A stretch of 64,000 nt of DNA, from NCBI GenBank assembly GCA_043228905.1, contig JBHGNT010000001.1, forward strand, positions 20,026,001 through 20,090,000, given 5' to 3'. Positions within the stretch are counted from its first letter, which is position 1. Each line of letters begins with the position of its first letter. Below, piece by piece: positions 24,601 to 38,630 of this stretch. Position numbers and translations under genes: made by a program. The notes beneath the pieces were generated by a model. It ran no database searches and was not told where the DNA came from. It saw only the letters and a list, made by a program, of their open reading frames with translations. This DNA is from Azolla caroliniana. Taxonomy: Eukaryota; Plantae; Polypodiophyta.

Positions 24601-27600
24601 TGGCACCTCCATCAAATGGACGTCAAGAATGCCTTTCTACAAGGCGAATTAGAAGAGGAGGTGTACATGATCCAACCACCCGGCTTCAACTCGAGCACCC
24701 ATCCGAAAGCCGTATGCCGACTCAAGAAGCCACTCTACGGCCTCAAGCAAGCACCGCGTGCTTGGCATTCGAAGATAACGCAATATCTTCATCAAATCGG
24801 CTTCCGTATGTCAAAATCAGACAACTCCCTGTACATACGAAGCGATTCCGCAAGTCCGATCATCATCATCTTATATGTGGATGACCTAGTCATTGGAGGT
24901 GAGCATCTCGTCGAAATCAATAAAGTCAAATCCCTCCTTTCTGACAAGTTCGAGATGACGGACATGAAGGAGCTCCACTACTTCCTCGACATTGCGGTAA
25001 TTCGGACTCCGGCCGGAATCATGATCTCTCAACAGCACTACATCCTCAACTTGTCATACAAGTTCGGGATGGCTGAGTGCAAATCCATGGCAACTCCGCT
25101 CGATCGTAATCTCAAACTAGATGCGAACTCCGACACCAAAGCGTGTGAGCCAACTCAGTATCGGCAACTCATCGGGAGTCTCATCGACCTCACGATCACA
25201 CGACCCGATCTTAGTTATCCGGTCGGTCTCCTTAGCCAATTCATGCAAACACCGCGTGATACTCACTTGGATTGCGTTAAGCGAGTTCTACGCTACGTGA
25301 ACGGCACAATGGATTGCGGCATCCTCTACAAGACCGCTATACCAATACGACTCGAGGGGTACACAGACGTCGATTGGGCCGGCTACAAAGCTGATAGAAG
25401 ATCAACCTCCATATTTGTTTTCTCCCTCGGCAGCGGAGCAATATCCTAGAGTAGCAAGAAGCAGCCTACCGTCGCTCTTTCGAGTACGGAGGCAAAATAT
25501 AGGGGCGGAGCCGTAGCTGCATGTGAAGCCGTATGGCTCAAGAGGATTTTGAAGGATTTGGGTGTACCCATCAAGGATCCGACTTCCCTTTACTGCGACA
25601 ACATGAGCAGTATCTATCTGGCTCGGAACCCGGTGATCCACGCGCGGACAAAGCACATCGAAGTGCACTATTACTTCATCCGAGAGCACGTTCTGGCTGG
25701 TGATGTCGACCTACAACACATTAGCACCAATCTTCAAACGGCCGACATCTTCACTAAAGCCTTAGGAGCCGACAAGCTATGGCAATTCATGACCGATCTC
25801 GGATTGACGATCCCTGACCTACCAAGCTTGAGGGGGAGTACTGAAGACAGTACGCAATAATGCGTAGATTCCGCAACCGCGCACTATGCAATAACGCGTG
25901 GATTCCGCAACCACGCAACAAAGCCGCGAAGAAAGACGCAAGCCGAAGCATAGACTTCACAACTACGCACAATGCAAGTTGGAGCACGGATTCCGCAACT
26001 CCACATATATGCGAATCGACACGAGTTGACGCGGACTCCAGAACGCGAGTTGAAGCGGATTTCGGATATAGTCTGAAACCGACCCGACTTGAGCTTGAGG
26101 GGGCGTGTTGAGAATCAAGCTCAACTTGGTCTAGTGTGTGAACTCACCTTGAGAGTGAAGAGACACTCCAACGGTCAAGAGTGACCATTATGTCACCACT
26201 TTGTATTCTAGCATTTAGTATGAGTCATAGAATCATATTCTATGACACATAACTTATGAGCTTTCACATTCCCCATGCTCCATGAGGCTTGTAGTTAATG
26301 AAGAGAGAGGGTGACTACATAAAGCACCCTCCTCCCACCTTGTATAATGTTGAGTCTTTCTCCTTTGCTAATATACTTTACCTTGCGTATTCTTTGTGTA
26401 TTACTCCTTGTCTCACTCACTCTCTCTCTCATACACACACAGTTCACACCTATTCCGCTTCACAAGAATCCATCTCTTGATTCTTTACACTTCCTTTCGG
26501 CTACACCATTCTGCTCCGGCGTATATCTACACGAGAATTCACACCGAATTCCCTCCTTCTGTAGATAACTTGTGAATTGGTCGGAGAAGTATTCCTTTCT
26601 GCCATCGTACAATAGGCATTTGATCTTACGCCCCGTTTCCCTTTCCGCAAGGCTCTTCAACACGCGAAGACTTCACTCTTCTTCGTGATTGTGCATGCCC
26701 ACGTGTGCTGAGTGAAATCGTTGATGAAGGTTACGAAGTAACGGCTTCCACCAAGATTCACGTTCTATGCCGGTCCCCACACATCCGGCTCGTCCGCCAT
26801 GACTACGGGGCCTATCTTGCTCCGTGTACAACATCTTGTTGTCGATGTGCGTACTCATTGACACACCCGCGTGATTTTCCTCCACGAACAACATCGACTT
26901 AAGCTCGAAGAACGAAGGCGTAATCTCCCTTGTGTAGAACGCTGTTTGGAATGCTCCGAACTTTGATGCTAACCCACCAAGACAAACCTGCACTATTTCG
27001 TCCTCCTTGACGTTGATGTTGATGTAGGCGAGAGAGTCGTAGATGTCCTTGATTCGGGCCGTGTAATCGGCCATAGACAGATCTTTCTGTCGGACAATGC
27101 TGAGCTCCTGCATGAGTTGCAGCTTCATGGCCGTTGTGCTAGTGGTGAAAATTCTCTTGAGATTCGCTCACATGTCCTTTGGCGTCTTAGCATCCTGAAT
27201 GTAGCTCAAGAGCTAGTCTCTCACACAGTACGTGAAGTAGTATAGAACTCTGCTTGCTGCTTGTTCCCAAGCTGAAAAGTCTCTGTGTGTTGATTCGGGT
27301 GCTGCATCATTAGCTCCATCAACATAACTCCAGTAGCCATGACCAAGCAGGTACTGGTGCATCTTGTACGACCAAGATGCGTAGTTGCTCCTGTCGAGCT
27401 TCTCAGTCGGTAGCGAGCTTCCCATTCCTCTGTCCATATTGATGTCTTAACCTTTCTGAAAAACAATAACTTAACTCTATCTTTATCGCAAGATTTTCTA
27501 TTGGTTGCAGAGGAGTCTCAACCCTTGCACTCCGATACCATGAAAAGAATATGTGTGCGGAAGCGTATACGTAAAAACACAAAGTACACGGTTTGGTAGT

Positions 27601-27999
27601 ACGACAGTTCAATGAAACACAAAAATCACAAAGAAAGAGAGGGAGAGACTGTCACAGAGAGACAGACTGTCAGAGAGAGAGAGAGAGAGAGAGCAAAAAC
27701 TACAAATTATATTCAAAATAATTCTCTATATATTCTCATTACATATTTCGTGCTCAGTGAGCACCTTTTATACAAAGCCCGGATTATTGGGCTGACACAA
27801 GTACTGATAGTACTTGACCGCTCATAAATGAGCCTTCTACACTAACTCCCAAAACTATTCCTTACTAGGAATAACGTTCTAACGGCCTTTCGGTTTAAAT
27901 ACCGCCACGACCATGTTTTGCGTACGGTTTTACGCACCCAGTTTACGTATTGGGTTACGTACCCATTTACGCACCCAATGTTGAGTTTGTCTCTCAACA
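21680..27999 (-). mobile_element. Rearranged composite of copia family A elements
   Basis: LTRs 21680-22294 and 27541-27999, diverged and with no matching TSD; PBS next to 27540; gag about 26790-27437 joined to integrase 26490-26790; RNase H about 22760-23250; inverted RT piece 23513-23738. Confidence 0.7.
23745..26489 (+). mobile_element. Copia family B element B3, 5'-truncated
   Basis: RT ORF 23953-25449 (YVDD); RNase H to 25860; PPT; 3' LTR 26106-26489; right flank is family A integrase (QNGVAERK). Confidence 0.88.
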
Positions 28000-30900
28000 A
28001 TTTCGCGCTTTTCATGCCGAATCTCTGGAGCACCTTTGTCACATATTTTTCTTGTGACAACCACAACAATTTCTTTGTTCGATCCCGAAGAATGTGCATC
28101 CCTAGGATTTGCTTTGCCGGACCCATATCCTTCATCGAAAATGATTTGCTCAAGGCCTTCTTCAGCACTTGGATCTTCGTATGGTCCCGTCCGACAATCA
28201 ATATGTCTTCCACATACAACAGAAGGATGAGGAAATCTCTTGCGTCGAATTTTTTCACAAATACACAGTGATTGGCCTGCGTTTTGTGGTACCCGTTATC
28301 GGTCATGAAGGATTCAAATTTTCGGTACCATTGCCAAGGTGCTTGCTTGAACCCGTACAAGCTCTTCCTTAATCGGCATACTAGGTTCTCTTTGCCTTTC
28401 TTTACAAATCCTTCCGTCTGGTGCATATAGATTTCCTCTTCGAGATCACCGTGCAAAAACGCCGTCTTGACCTCCAATTGCTCGACTTCGAGATCCATGT
28501 TGGCCGCGATGCTCAAGACGGTTCGGATTGACGTCATATTTACGACAGGGGAAAATATTTCATCGAAATTGACACCCTTCTTCTATTGGAAACCTTTCAT
28601 GACGATTCGTGCTTTGTACCTGGGTGGATTCCCGCCATCTCACGGTTTCAACTTGTATACCCATTTATTCCGAAGTGCCTTCTTTCCTCTTGGTAGTTCA
28701 GTCAGTTCATATGTATGGTTCTCATGCAAAGAATCCATCTCCTCTTGCAAAGAATCCATCTCCTCTCGGCTAAGTCCCATAGCCGATAGCCAAATTCATC
28801 ATTGCCGTAGCCGAGAAATATGCATGGCCGAGATTTCGGGTCCAACTTCCCCCTCTGGTCCTTTGCCACATGCACATAAGCAAGAAAACCGAACACCCTC
28901 AAATTTCGGTATGATACGTCTTTGCCACTCCACACCCTTTGTGGAATATCACGGTCCAAGGGTACTGAGGGTGAAAGGTTTATCATGTACACAACCGGTA
29001 TTAGCGCCTCATCCCAGAATGTCTTTGGTAACTTAGCATGTGCAAGCATACTTCAGACCCTTTCCATTATGGTTCGGTTCATTCTCTCAGCCAATCCATT
29101 AAGCTTTGGTGTCTTCGGCATGGTATACTCGAGCCGGATTCCTTGATTTCAGCAATAATCCTCGACCGGTCCACGATACTCTCCGCCATTGTCTGCTCGG
29201 ACTGCCTTCAGTTTTCTGCTAGTTTCTCTCTTGACCCTCACTTGTAACTCTTTGAAGACGGATAACGCTTGATCCTTTGTCTTTAGCATGGAATCCCACA
29301 ACTTCATGCTACAGTCATCAATGAAGGTCATGAAATACCATGAAACACCATGCAACTTCGTGTCCACATAGCATACGTTCGTATGCACGAGTTCCAGCGG
29401 AATTTTCTTCCTCATCGAGGGCCTCGTTCAGAAGGATGTTCGATTTTGCTTACCGGCCAAGCAATCCGTGCACTTCTCAAGTTGCATGTTCTTCACCTCA
29501 GGAATGAGGTAGTCCTCGGCAAGCTTTCACACCCCCTTCTGGCTCATATGGCACAACCTCTTGTGCCACAGTTCATCGACCGTGTCGGTTGGCACGTTTG
29601 CTTCCCCTCGGTATATTCGAGCATTCATTATGTACAGTGTGTTGGTCTTCCGTGCTCGAGCCATGATCAAACTTCCTTGGCGAAACTTCATGACACTGTT
29701 TCAGATGCTACCCATGTAGCCTTCATCATCTAGCCGACCAACTGATATTATATTCAATCGAACCTCCAGAACGTGTCGTACATCTCTCAACACGAGTCTG
29801 CACCCGGTTGAGGTTTTCAAACACAAATCTCCAATGCTGACAATTTGGCATGCTCCATTTACCATCTTTATGGATCCGATATATCCGGCTCTGTAGGATG
29901 AGAAGCACTTTCGGTCAGGGGTTAGGTGGAATGACGCACCCGAATCGACCACCCATGTCGATTCTTCGTCGACGAGATTCGCTTCATTTTTCTCACTGAT
30001 GAGCAACAACTCCTCTCTCACGACGATTGTTGAGGTGTTCTTTTTGTCCGGGATTTTCTTCGGTTTTACACCATCAACTCCCCCTTTCTCTTTTCAAAAG
30101 TGTCAACAATTTTTCTGGAAGTTCCCTGTCTTCCTACAATAGAAGCACATGGGTCTCCCCCTCGACTTTGACCTGGTCCCCGAATTATCTTGGTTCTGGG
30201 GACTTCGATTTTGGCGTCTTCCTCAAATCATGTCACCTTCTGTGAGTAAAGCCATCTGGTCAGTATTCGACTCACGGTCCTTCCTGCGAGCTTCTTCATT
30301 CAGCAAGCTTGACTTCACCTACTCTAAGGATAGATGCTTCCCTTCCGACCTGACATTGCCCAAAGTGATAACGAGCGTCTCCCAAGTGTCCGAAAGGGAT
30401 CCCAACAATAGTAATGCTAATACCTCGTTGGCCAGAGGTACTTGTAGAGAGGTGGTTTGATTCATCAATCCTTGGAAGGCATTGATGTGCTCCGCCATAC
30501 TGGAGCCATCCTGATACCGGAGCATCATGATTTTTCAAAATACTGAGACTCAGTTCACGCCTTTCTTGTTTTCGAACATGACGCTGATCTTCTTCCATAG
30601 GACGTCTGCTTCTGTTTCTTCGTCGAAGTTGTTGTATAGACTCATGTCTATATAACACCTAATGTATGCGGCCGCCTTCAGATGCAACACTTCCCACGTC
30701 GCTACATCGATCTTGTCTGGTTTTTATATCTCCGAACTGCACCGACAGCCAGAGGTCTTTGCACACGAGCATGTCTCTCATCCTCGACTTCCACATTGAG
30801 TAGTTGGAGCCGGTTAGCTTAAACTTGACGCCAAACGAGTCTTCCATCGCTCTGATACCACTTTGTTAGGAATCGACGGGCCACAACCAATTTCACGTTC

Positions 30901-31425
30901 ATATTCGTGTGCAGAAACCAAGAACTAGTACACAAACAAAAAAGCGTGAAGACAGATATTTTACGTGGAAAACCCGAAATGGGAAAAAAACCATGGGGGT
31001 CCACAAACCCCAAGAAAACAGATCACTATAGTAGAGAGGAAGTAGAAATACGGAACTCGGAGGCAGCGACCTCGAGTTCTCCTTCGTCTGACAGACGGCT
31101 TTAGAGTTACACTCTCACTCTCTCACTCATGGTTAGAGAGGCAACTTCCTCGTTCTAAGTTTTCAATAATGATCACTAACTCTAGCTATAAGGTTTGCCC
31201 TAGTTTCTTATAAACCAAAGCAACTTTCTGGATATTTTCAAGTATAGGCCCTAGGAAGCATTTTTTGACTATTTACAATTATAGTCTTCCGAAACGATTT
31301 CAATTTTGATTTTGATTTCCAATTTTGATTTTGATTTTGATTTCGGCATTGGCCTATCGGCCTTGGCCGAGATACTCACCAACACGGTCCTTCTCTTCCC
31401 ATCCGGAGGGACATGTTTCCCAACA
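28000..31425 (-). mobile_element. Copia family C (Tnt1/Tork-like) element C1, 3'-truncated
   Basis: 5' LTR 30864-31425; PBS 30849-30860 followed almost immediately by the gag ATG at 30847; protease WVVDSGASFH; integrase and RT fragments. Confidence 0.85.
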
Positions 31426-32596
31426 GAGTGAAGTTTTTAGGAGGAGATATGTCCAAGCTGGAATCCGAAAATCCGAATTGGTTGAACAAGCCAGAATGTC
31501 TAGATCGGTTGAAGAAGCTGAGTACTTGATAGATGTGTGGACAGATGGAAGAAGATTGGCTAAGTGGAGACTAGCTAGATGTAGGGGGAGCGGCTGAAAA
31601 TGGGCTGAATCTAGAGTCGACTAAACAAGGGGGAGGTAGGGCCAAGAAGGGCAAAGCTGACCAAGTGAAGGCTAGGACCAAGACATGGGCAGATGTGGTT
31701 AAGGGCTAGACAAAAGGCGAATTGGGGACACTTGATTCAGACAAGAGTGGGAACGAATAGGAGATAGTCGATTCAATTGGAATGTATGATTCGGATGAGC
31801 CAAATCATATGAAGGCCAAGCGGATGAGAGGGCAATCGAGGCTGAGGCCGATACGGAAGAACCGATGGGTTAGGGAGTACCAATGCCGCAATGACGAGGG
31901 AGCTGATAAGGGCCTGAAGAGCAAATTAGCTGACTACCGTGGTTGAAGTGCGTGGAACTAGACTAGTCAAGGAGCATCGGACCAGAGGGGTCGTGGGACG
32001 TAGGGTCAAACCAGACGAGGAGAGCAGGACAGGTGTGAGGACGCCAAGAGCAGCTGGATGCAAGGACCGTTTATTACTTACATGAGGGACTGACCTCAAG
32101 TTGAGCTTGAGGGGGGGTGTTGAGCGAGCAAGCTCAACCTGAGCCGGACTAGTTGGAGTAGTTGGCAAGTCTGACTAGATATCATTTGGCTAGCTAGGCC
32201 TAGTTATGATGATAAGCCTAAGCTCGGAACTAGGTTCCCAACCGATGACGAACCGGCTATGGAAGCTGATCCTGAACATCACACGTGTTGATAAGGTCTA
32301 TTTTAATAAATAAGTCTAATATAGGAAATTAATATAAAAGGCTCATTTAAGAGCATTGAAGTACATGTCAATACTTCATCATAGTCCTGTCAAATGGGCT
32401 TGTATATATAAAGTGCATTTGAGCATTATTGTTTGTACTAAGAAAAATTGAGTTTCATTTGGTAATAGAATTTACTGTTGTCTGCTCCACTCAATCTCTC
32501 CCTCTCCCTTTCTCACCTCTGTGTATACCTAACTATTGTGTTCCGGAAAACCGACAGTGTCCTTCTACATAACGCTTCCGCACATTTTCTCTGACA
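31426..32596 (+). mobile_element. 3' end of a family A-related copia element
   Basis: 3' region similar to 22300-22750(-); PPT about 32103-32117; LTR 32118-32596 TG..CA. Confidence 0.7.
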
Positions 32597-32949
32597 ATAC
32601 CTTCATCCTTTGATGTGATATCTAGTTCTTCCTCAATTGGTTCAAAGTGAGCTTAGTTGGCTATGTATTAGGATGTTGATTCGTAGAATACGACATCCCT
32701 ACTCACTCATACCTTTTTTGTAGAGGGGTTAAAGCATTTGTACTCCTTTTCTTCAAGTGACTACCCAACGAGTTGACGAATACGGTTGTATAATGGCCGT
32801 ATTCACACTATCCCACTCGGACAGACTAGGTTTAGGACATTTATGTAATTATACCAAAGGGCAGTTGCCCTAGCTTAGTTATTATATAATTGACTCAACA
32901 ACCTAGTTTATGAGGTTGTTGTGTCATATTGTGTCATTTGAATAATACA

Positions 32950-35900
32950 TGTAAAAAGTAGTGTGCGGAAGCAAGTATAAAGACCGAATAGAAGGAAGGA
33001 AACTCAGGTTTAATGGAGAGCTTGAGCTTACACAGTATATGCGGGAGAGACAGAGAGAGAGTGAAAACACACCAAAAAACTATATTCAACAATAATACTC
33101 AATTTGTACATAAGACGTGCTCAGTGAACACTTTTATACAAGTCCTAGAAGGACTGACCGAAGTACTGACAATACTTCAATGCTCATTGTGAGCTCCTAC
33201 ACTAACTCCCAAATATATTCCTCACGGAATATCTTTCCTAACGGCCTCCCGGTTTCCGCACTCGGCCTAACTAATCGGTCCCAACCGATCCGGTCCTCGG
33301 CTTCTTCAGCCGATCCGGCCGATGTTGAGCTTGTCTCTCAACACTCCCCCTCAAGCTCAACTCGAGGCTCTTCGGGATCCTCGGGCTCACACCTCCGGTT
33401 CCTCTTGGCTTCACGCCTCGCTCGCGCTCCACGGCCTGTTTGACTCCGCGCGCTTCGACCCTTCTGGTCGGCTTGTCTGCTCATGTAGCTCTTATCAGCT
33501 CTTCTGTTGTTGCGGTGTTGACGCTTCTTCTGCTGCCTTTTCTTTTGCTTGGGCCTCGGTTGATTCAGCGTATCTGAATCAAACATCCGAACCGACTCGG
33601 CTACCTCCGATCGGTTTTCGCTCTCGTCCGAGTTGGCTGTCTCCAACTCGTCTTCGGTCTTCTCACCCTCGATGGCGTCATCTTCCCCATGCGGGGTTGG
33701 CTTCGGCTTTCTCCTTCGGCTGCTCCCCTTCTGTCCGCCTCCGGACTTTTCCGCGGGTCCGCCCTCGGCTTCTTCAGCCGATCCGAAATCGAACTCGACA
33801 ACCGACTCGGTGTCGCGGTCTCCGCTCCTTTCCTGCTGCCTTGCTTGGTCGTTCGGGACGGTTCTCCTCCTCAAGTTTGGCACGTCGAGGTGACGCAACC
33901 CGAGCACACCGGAGAATTGCCGCAACTTGTCCAGACCAAGAGGCTTGGTGAAAATTTCGGCAGTCTGCCGATCCGTCGGAACGTACTGAAGTTCGACTTC
34001 ACTGGAAAGGACACGCTCACGGATGAAATGGTAATGCACCTCAATGTGCTTGGTCCGTGCGTGGAAAACGGGGTTCTTCGCGAGCTGGATGCTGCTGAGG
34101 TTGTCGTAGTAGATCGTCGTCGGATCTGACACCTCCACTTGCAGGTCCTTAAGTAGCCGCTTCAACCATATGGCTTCGCATGTCGCGACATCCGCTCCTC
34201 GGTACTCAGCTTCAGTGCTCGACAGTGCAACTGTCGGCTGCTTCTTACTGCTCCACGCGATCGCGGCACTCCCGAGGGAGAACACGTATCCGGACGTGGA
34301 TCGGTGATCGGCGGCGTTGCCAGCCTAATCAGCATCGGTGTAGCCGACTAACTGCGCGGCTGCACCGGTCCGATATAGCAGTCCCCGGTCCTTAGTGCCG
34401 TTGACATACCGAAGTATGCGTCGCGCACACTGAAGGTGCTCCTTGGTAGGTCGCGCCATGAACTGACTGATCACCCCGACCGGATAACTGAGGTCGGGTC
34501 GGGTGATGGTCAAGTAAATGAGGCTTCCGACAATTTGTCGGAACCTCATCTGGTCGCATACCTTTCCCGTATCGGGACGAAGCTTGATGGTTTTGTCCAG
34601 AGGAGTCGAGACGGACTTACAGTCGGCCATCCCGAGTTTGAAGAGCATACCCAGCACGTAATGACGTTGGCTGATCAATATGCCTTCGGGGGTACGGATC
34701 ACTTCGATCCCGAGGAAGTAATGAAGGTCCCCCAGATCCTTCATGTCGAACAATGCCGCAAGCTGGAGCTTCACGCGGTTGATTTCGCCTAGGTCGGCGC
34801 CGGTGATGACCAAGTCATCGACATATAGTAGAATACTAACCGGTCCGAGTTGGCCTTTCTGGATGAACAGGGAAGAGTCCGATTTTGTCGTGACGAAGCC
34901 CATCCGACGCAGTTGTTGTGTGATCTTCGCGTTCCAGGCACGCAGGGCTTGCTTCAGTCTGTAAAGGGACTTCTTCAGTCGGCATACTGCCGAGGAGTTC
35001 GTTCCGGAGGGAAATCCAGGGGGCTGTACCATGTACACTTGTTCCTCAAGGTCACCTTGTAGGAACGCATTCTTTACATCCATTTGATGTAGGTGCCACC
35101 CCTTGGCCGCAGCTACTGCGAGCAAAACATGGACGATCGTCATTTTCGCGACCGGTGCAAATGTCTCATCGTAGTTGATGCCGTGTTTCTGCGCGTAGCC
35201 CTTTGCCACTAGCCGAGCCTTGTACCGGTTGACCGAGCCATCGGTGTTGTACTTGACTTTGTACACCCACCTACACCCAATCGGTTTTACCCCTCTTGGT
35301 GCGTCAACGAGGTCCCAGGTCTTGTTCTCCGCCAATGCGTGCATCTCTTCCTCCATTGCGGCACGCCAATTCGCATCTTTAGCCGCTTCTGCGTAGCTCT
35401 CCGGCTCACGCACTTCCGCTACACGGGTCATGTACGCATAATGATGCGCCATGTACTCGTTGTATCTGAACCGCAAAACAGGATTCTTCTGGTGGGTAGA
35501 TCGGCGTAATCTCACATTAGCCGATGTCGAGGCCTTCTTGGTCGACGCGGTCTTCATCTTTAAAGACCCGTCACCGGTTCCCTCGGAGTCGGACTCCCGT
35601 CGGTCTGACTCGTTCCTATCCGTGCCGGAATCCGACACCTTCTTCTTCCCTTTCTCTTTGCGCGTAAGCCGTCTCCTCGGCTTCCTGCGCGGGGAATGCA
35701 CGGCCGAGTCTCCACTACTCGCCGGCTCTTCATCGGACTGGTCATACCGACTCAGTCGTCCAATCGGTCCACTTAAACGGAGTGAAATCGGACTCTCTTC
35801 GCGGGTCTCGATTTCGGGCTCATCCGGAGGTATCTCGGCCTCGCTGACCTCATCGCCAGAGCTCGGATTGGAGTCGGGGTTCGTAGTCGGGGGCAGGTAC

Positions 35901-38630
35901 CAGGACGTAGACTCGTCAAACACAACGTCGCGGCTGACACACGCTTGTTTGGTGCGAGGGTTATAACACTTATAACCCTTTTGCTCATCCGAGTAACCGA
36001 CCAAGATGCATTTCTCGGCCTTTGCGTCCAGCTTCCTCCTTTTCTCCTTCGGTATGTGCACATACGCAATGCTACCGAACACGCTCAAGTGTCGTAAGTT
36101 CGGCTTCGTTTCGAAGTATAGCTCGTGCGCTGACACCTTGTCTCCGATCCGGTTCTAGATGTATACCGCGGTCCTTACCGCCTCGGCCCAGTAGAACTTG
36201 GGCAAGCTCTTCTCCTCCAGCATTGCCCGTGCCGCTTCCACAACTGACCGATTCCTTCTCTCGGCCACGCCGTTCTGCTCTGGCATGTATCTACAACTGA
36301 ATTCGCGGCGAATTCCCATTTGTTGTAGGTAACTGTTGAATTGACCGGAAAAGTACTCTTTCCCTCCATCCGACCGCAGGCACTTGATCTTTCGTCCCGT
36401 TTCCGTTTCCACGAACCTTTTGAGGTTCCGGAAACAGTCGAAGACTTCGCTCTTCCTCTCAATGAGTAGATCCACGTGTGCCGCGTGTGGTCGTCGATGA
36501 AGGAGACGAAATATTGGCTCCCGTCAAGACTAACGTTTTGTGCCGGCCCCCATACATCGGAGTGTATAAGGTCGAGCTTGTTCCGGCTCTGGTTTCGCTC
36601 GTTTGGGAAAGGAAGTCGGTGTTGCTTCCCGAGCTGGCAGGCTTCACAAATTTGTGCCTTTTGGCCACTAAATTTGGGCAATCCGAACACTACTTGTTTT
36701 GATTGCAGATCTTGAAGCCGTTGGTGGTTGACGTGGCCTATCCGCTTGTGCCACAAGTCGATGTCCGACTCGGTTTTTTGTCCCTTCGCGAACATTGCGG
36801 TGCCGCCGTCAGTGGAGTCGAGGATGAACATCCTCCCGTCTCTGCGCCCTTAAGCAATCACACAACCTTCTTCCTCAATGAAGCACCCGAGGTGTGTAAA
36901 CCGAACCTCCATCCCTTGGTCGACGATCTGTCCGACCGAGACCAAGTTCTTCGTGATTGTCGGGAACGTGCAACACGTTCATGAGTTTCCCTTTCTGCCC
37001 GACATGGCTAAGGGGAACTTCTCCGACATTCGTGATCGGATGCGGAGTGTCGTCTCCAGTTGCGACTACTCCAGGTTGTATCAGTTTTTCAAGGTACGAG
37101 AACCACTCCTTATGGCTCGTCATGTGGTTTGACACGCCGGAGTCTACGTACCACACCTCGTCTGATCTTGGGGTGGTCCGTTTCATTGAGTTTGCTTCGT
37201 GTCTCGTCACGAAGACAGACCCTTCTTCGGCTCCCCCGGAGTCTTCAACGTAGTGTGATCGTTGTTGATTTCCCTTGTCGGTATGTCTGGAGCCGTTTCC
37301 GGAACCGGTTCTCTCGGAATCGACGCGCTTCTTCCAGCACTCACTTTCCCTGTGGCCTTTCTTGCCACAGTACCAGCACTCCGCGATGGCCTTCCCTTGC
37401 CGGTTCTCATCGCTTCGACTCCCCCTGTTTCCAGAGGGTCCGGAGTTGTTGTCGGCATCACTTCGGTGCCTTCTTCCTTGATCTCGTCGGCCGCCTCCAT
37501 TGCGCGCCGACTCGCCTCGTCCTCCACGTCCACGGGGCCTATCTTCCTCCGTGTACAACATCTTGCTGTCGGTGTGCGTGCTTGTCGATGCACCCGCGTG
37601 GTTCTCCTCTACCAGGAGCATCGACTGTAAGTCGAAAAAGGACGGCGTATTCTCCCGAGTACACACAGCCGTTCGGAACGCTCCGAACTTCGACGCCAAA
37701 CCTCCGAGACAGATCTGGACCATCTCGCTCTCCTCGATGTTCACCTCTATGGAGGCGAGGGAGTCGCAGATATCCTTGATCTTCGAGGTATAGTCCGCCA
37801 CGGACAAGTCGCGTTGTCGTAGGTTGCTCAACTCCTGTCGGAGCTAAAGCTTCCTGGCTGTGGTGCTCACGGCGAAAATCTTCTTCAGATTTTCCCACGC
37901 ACCCTTCGGCGTCTTTGCATCCCGAACATAGCTCAATAGCTGTTCGCCCACACACGACGCGAAGCAGTATAATACCCTGCTCGCCGATTGCTCCCACGAC
38001 GGGAAGTCTCTGTGTGTCGATTCGGGTGCCGCGTCATTAGCTCCTTCGACATAACTCCAGTAGCCGTGCCCGAGCAAGTACTGGTGCATCTTGTAGGACC
38101 AAGACGCGTAGTTGGTTCTGTCGAGCTTCTTTGTTGGATGTGAGCTCGCCATGCCTCTATCCATCGTTCTTCTTGTTCTTCTTCGTCAAACTGTGTCGGC
38201 TGCAGAGAGGTTCTCAACCCTCGCGCTCTGATACCATGTAAAAAGTAGCGTGCGGAAGCAAGTATAAAGACCGAATAGAAGGAAGGAAACTCATGTTTAA
38301 TGGAGAGCTTGAGCTTACACAGTATACGCGGGAGAGACAGAGAGAGAGTGAAAACACACCAAAAAACTATATTCAACAATAATACTCAATCTGTACATAA
38401 GACGTGCTCAGTGAACACTTTTATACAAGTCCTAGAAGGACTGACCGAAGTACTGACAATACTTCAATGCTCATTGTGAGCTCCTACACTAACTCCCAAA
38501 TATATTCCTCACGGAATATCTTTCCTAACGGCCTCCCGGTTTCCGCACTCGGCCTAACCGATCGGTCCCAACCGATCCGGTCCTCGGCTTCTTCAGCCAA
38601 TCCGGCCGATGTTGAGCTTGTCTCTCAACA
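32950..38630 (-). mobile_element. Full-length Ty1/copia element (family A)
   Basis: 394-bp LTRs 32950-33343 and 38237-38630 with about 7 differences counted by eye; TSD ATACA/ATATA; PBS TGGTATCAGAGC 38225-38236; PPT at 33344; order gag-PR-INT-RT-RH. Confidence 0.95.
33338..38164 (-). pseudogene. Family A gag-pol polyprotein with several stops and frameshifts
   Basis: ORF pieces 37844-38164, 36875-37831, 36175-36831, 36155-36475, 34325-36136 (YVDD), 33338-34285. Confidence 0.92.

Noticed and set aside
21680-27999. Single intact family A element
   Set aside because: Flanks AAGAT and ATTTC differ, and the host sequence differs on each side.
28725-28770. Short tandem duplications (also near 17880, 46915, 55395, 60890)
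   Set aside because: Ordinary slippage or repair scars in decaying TEs.
14272-32596. Pairing the LTR start at 14272 with LTR 32118-32596 as one giant element
   Set aside because: Flanks TTGCA and ATACC do not match, and the sequences diverge after about 25 bp.
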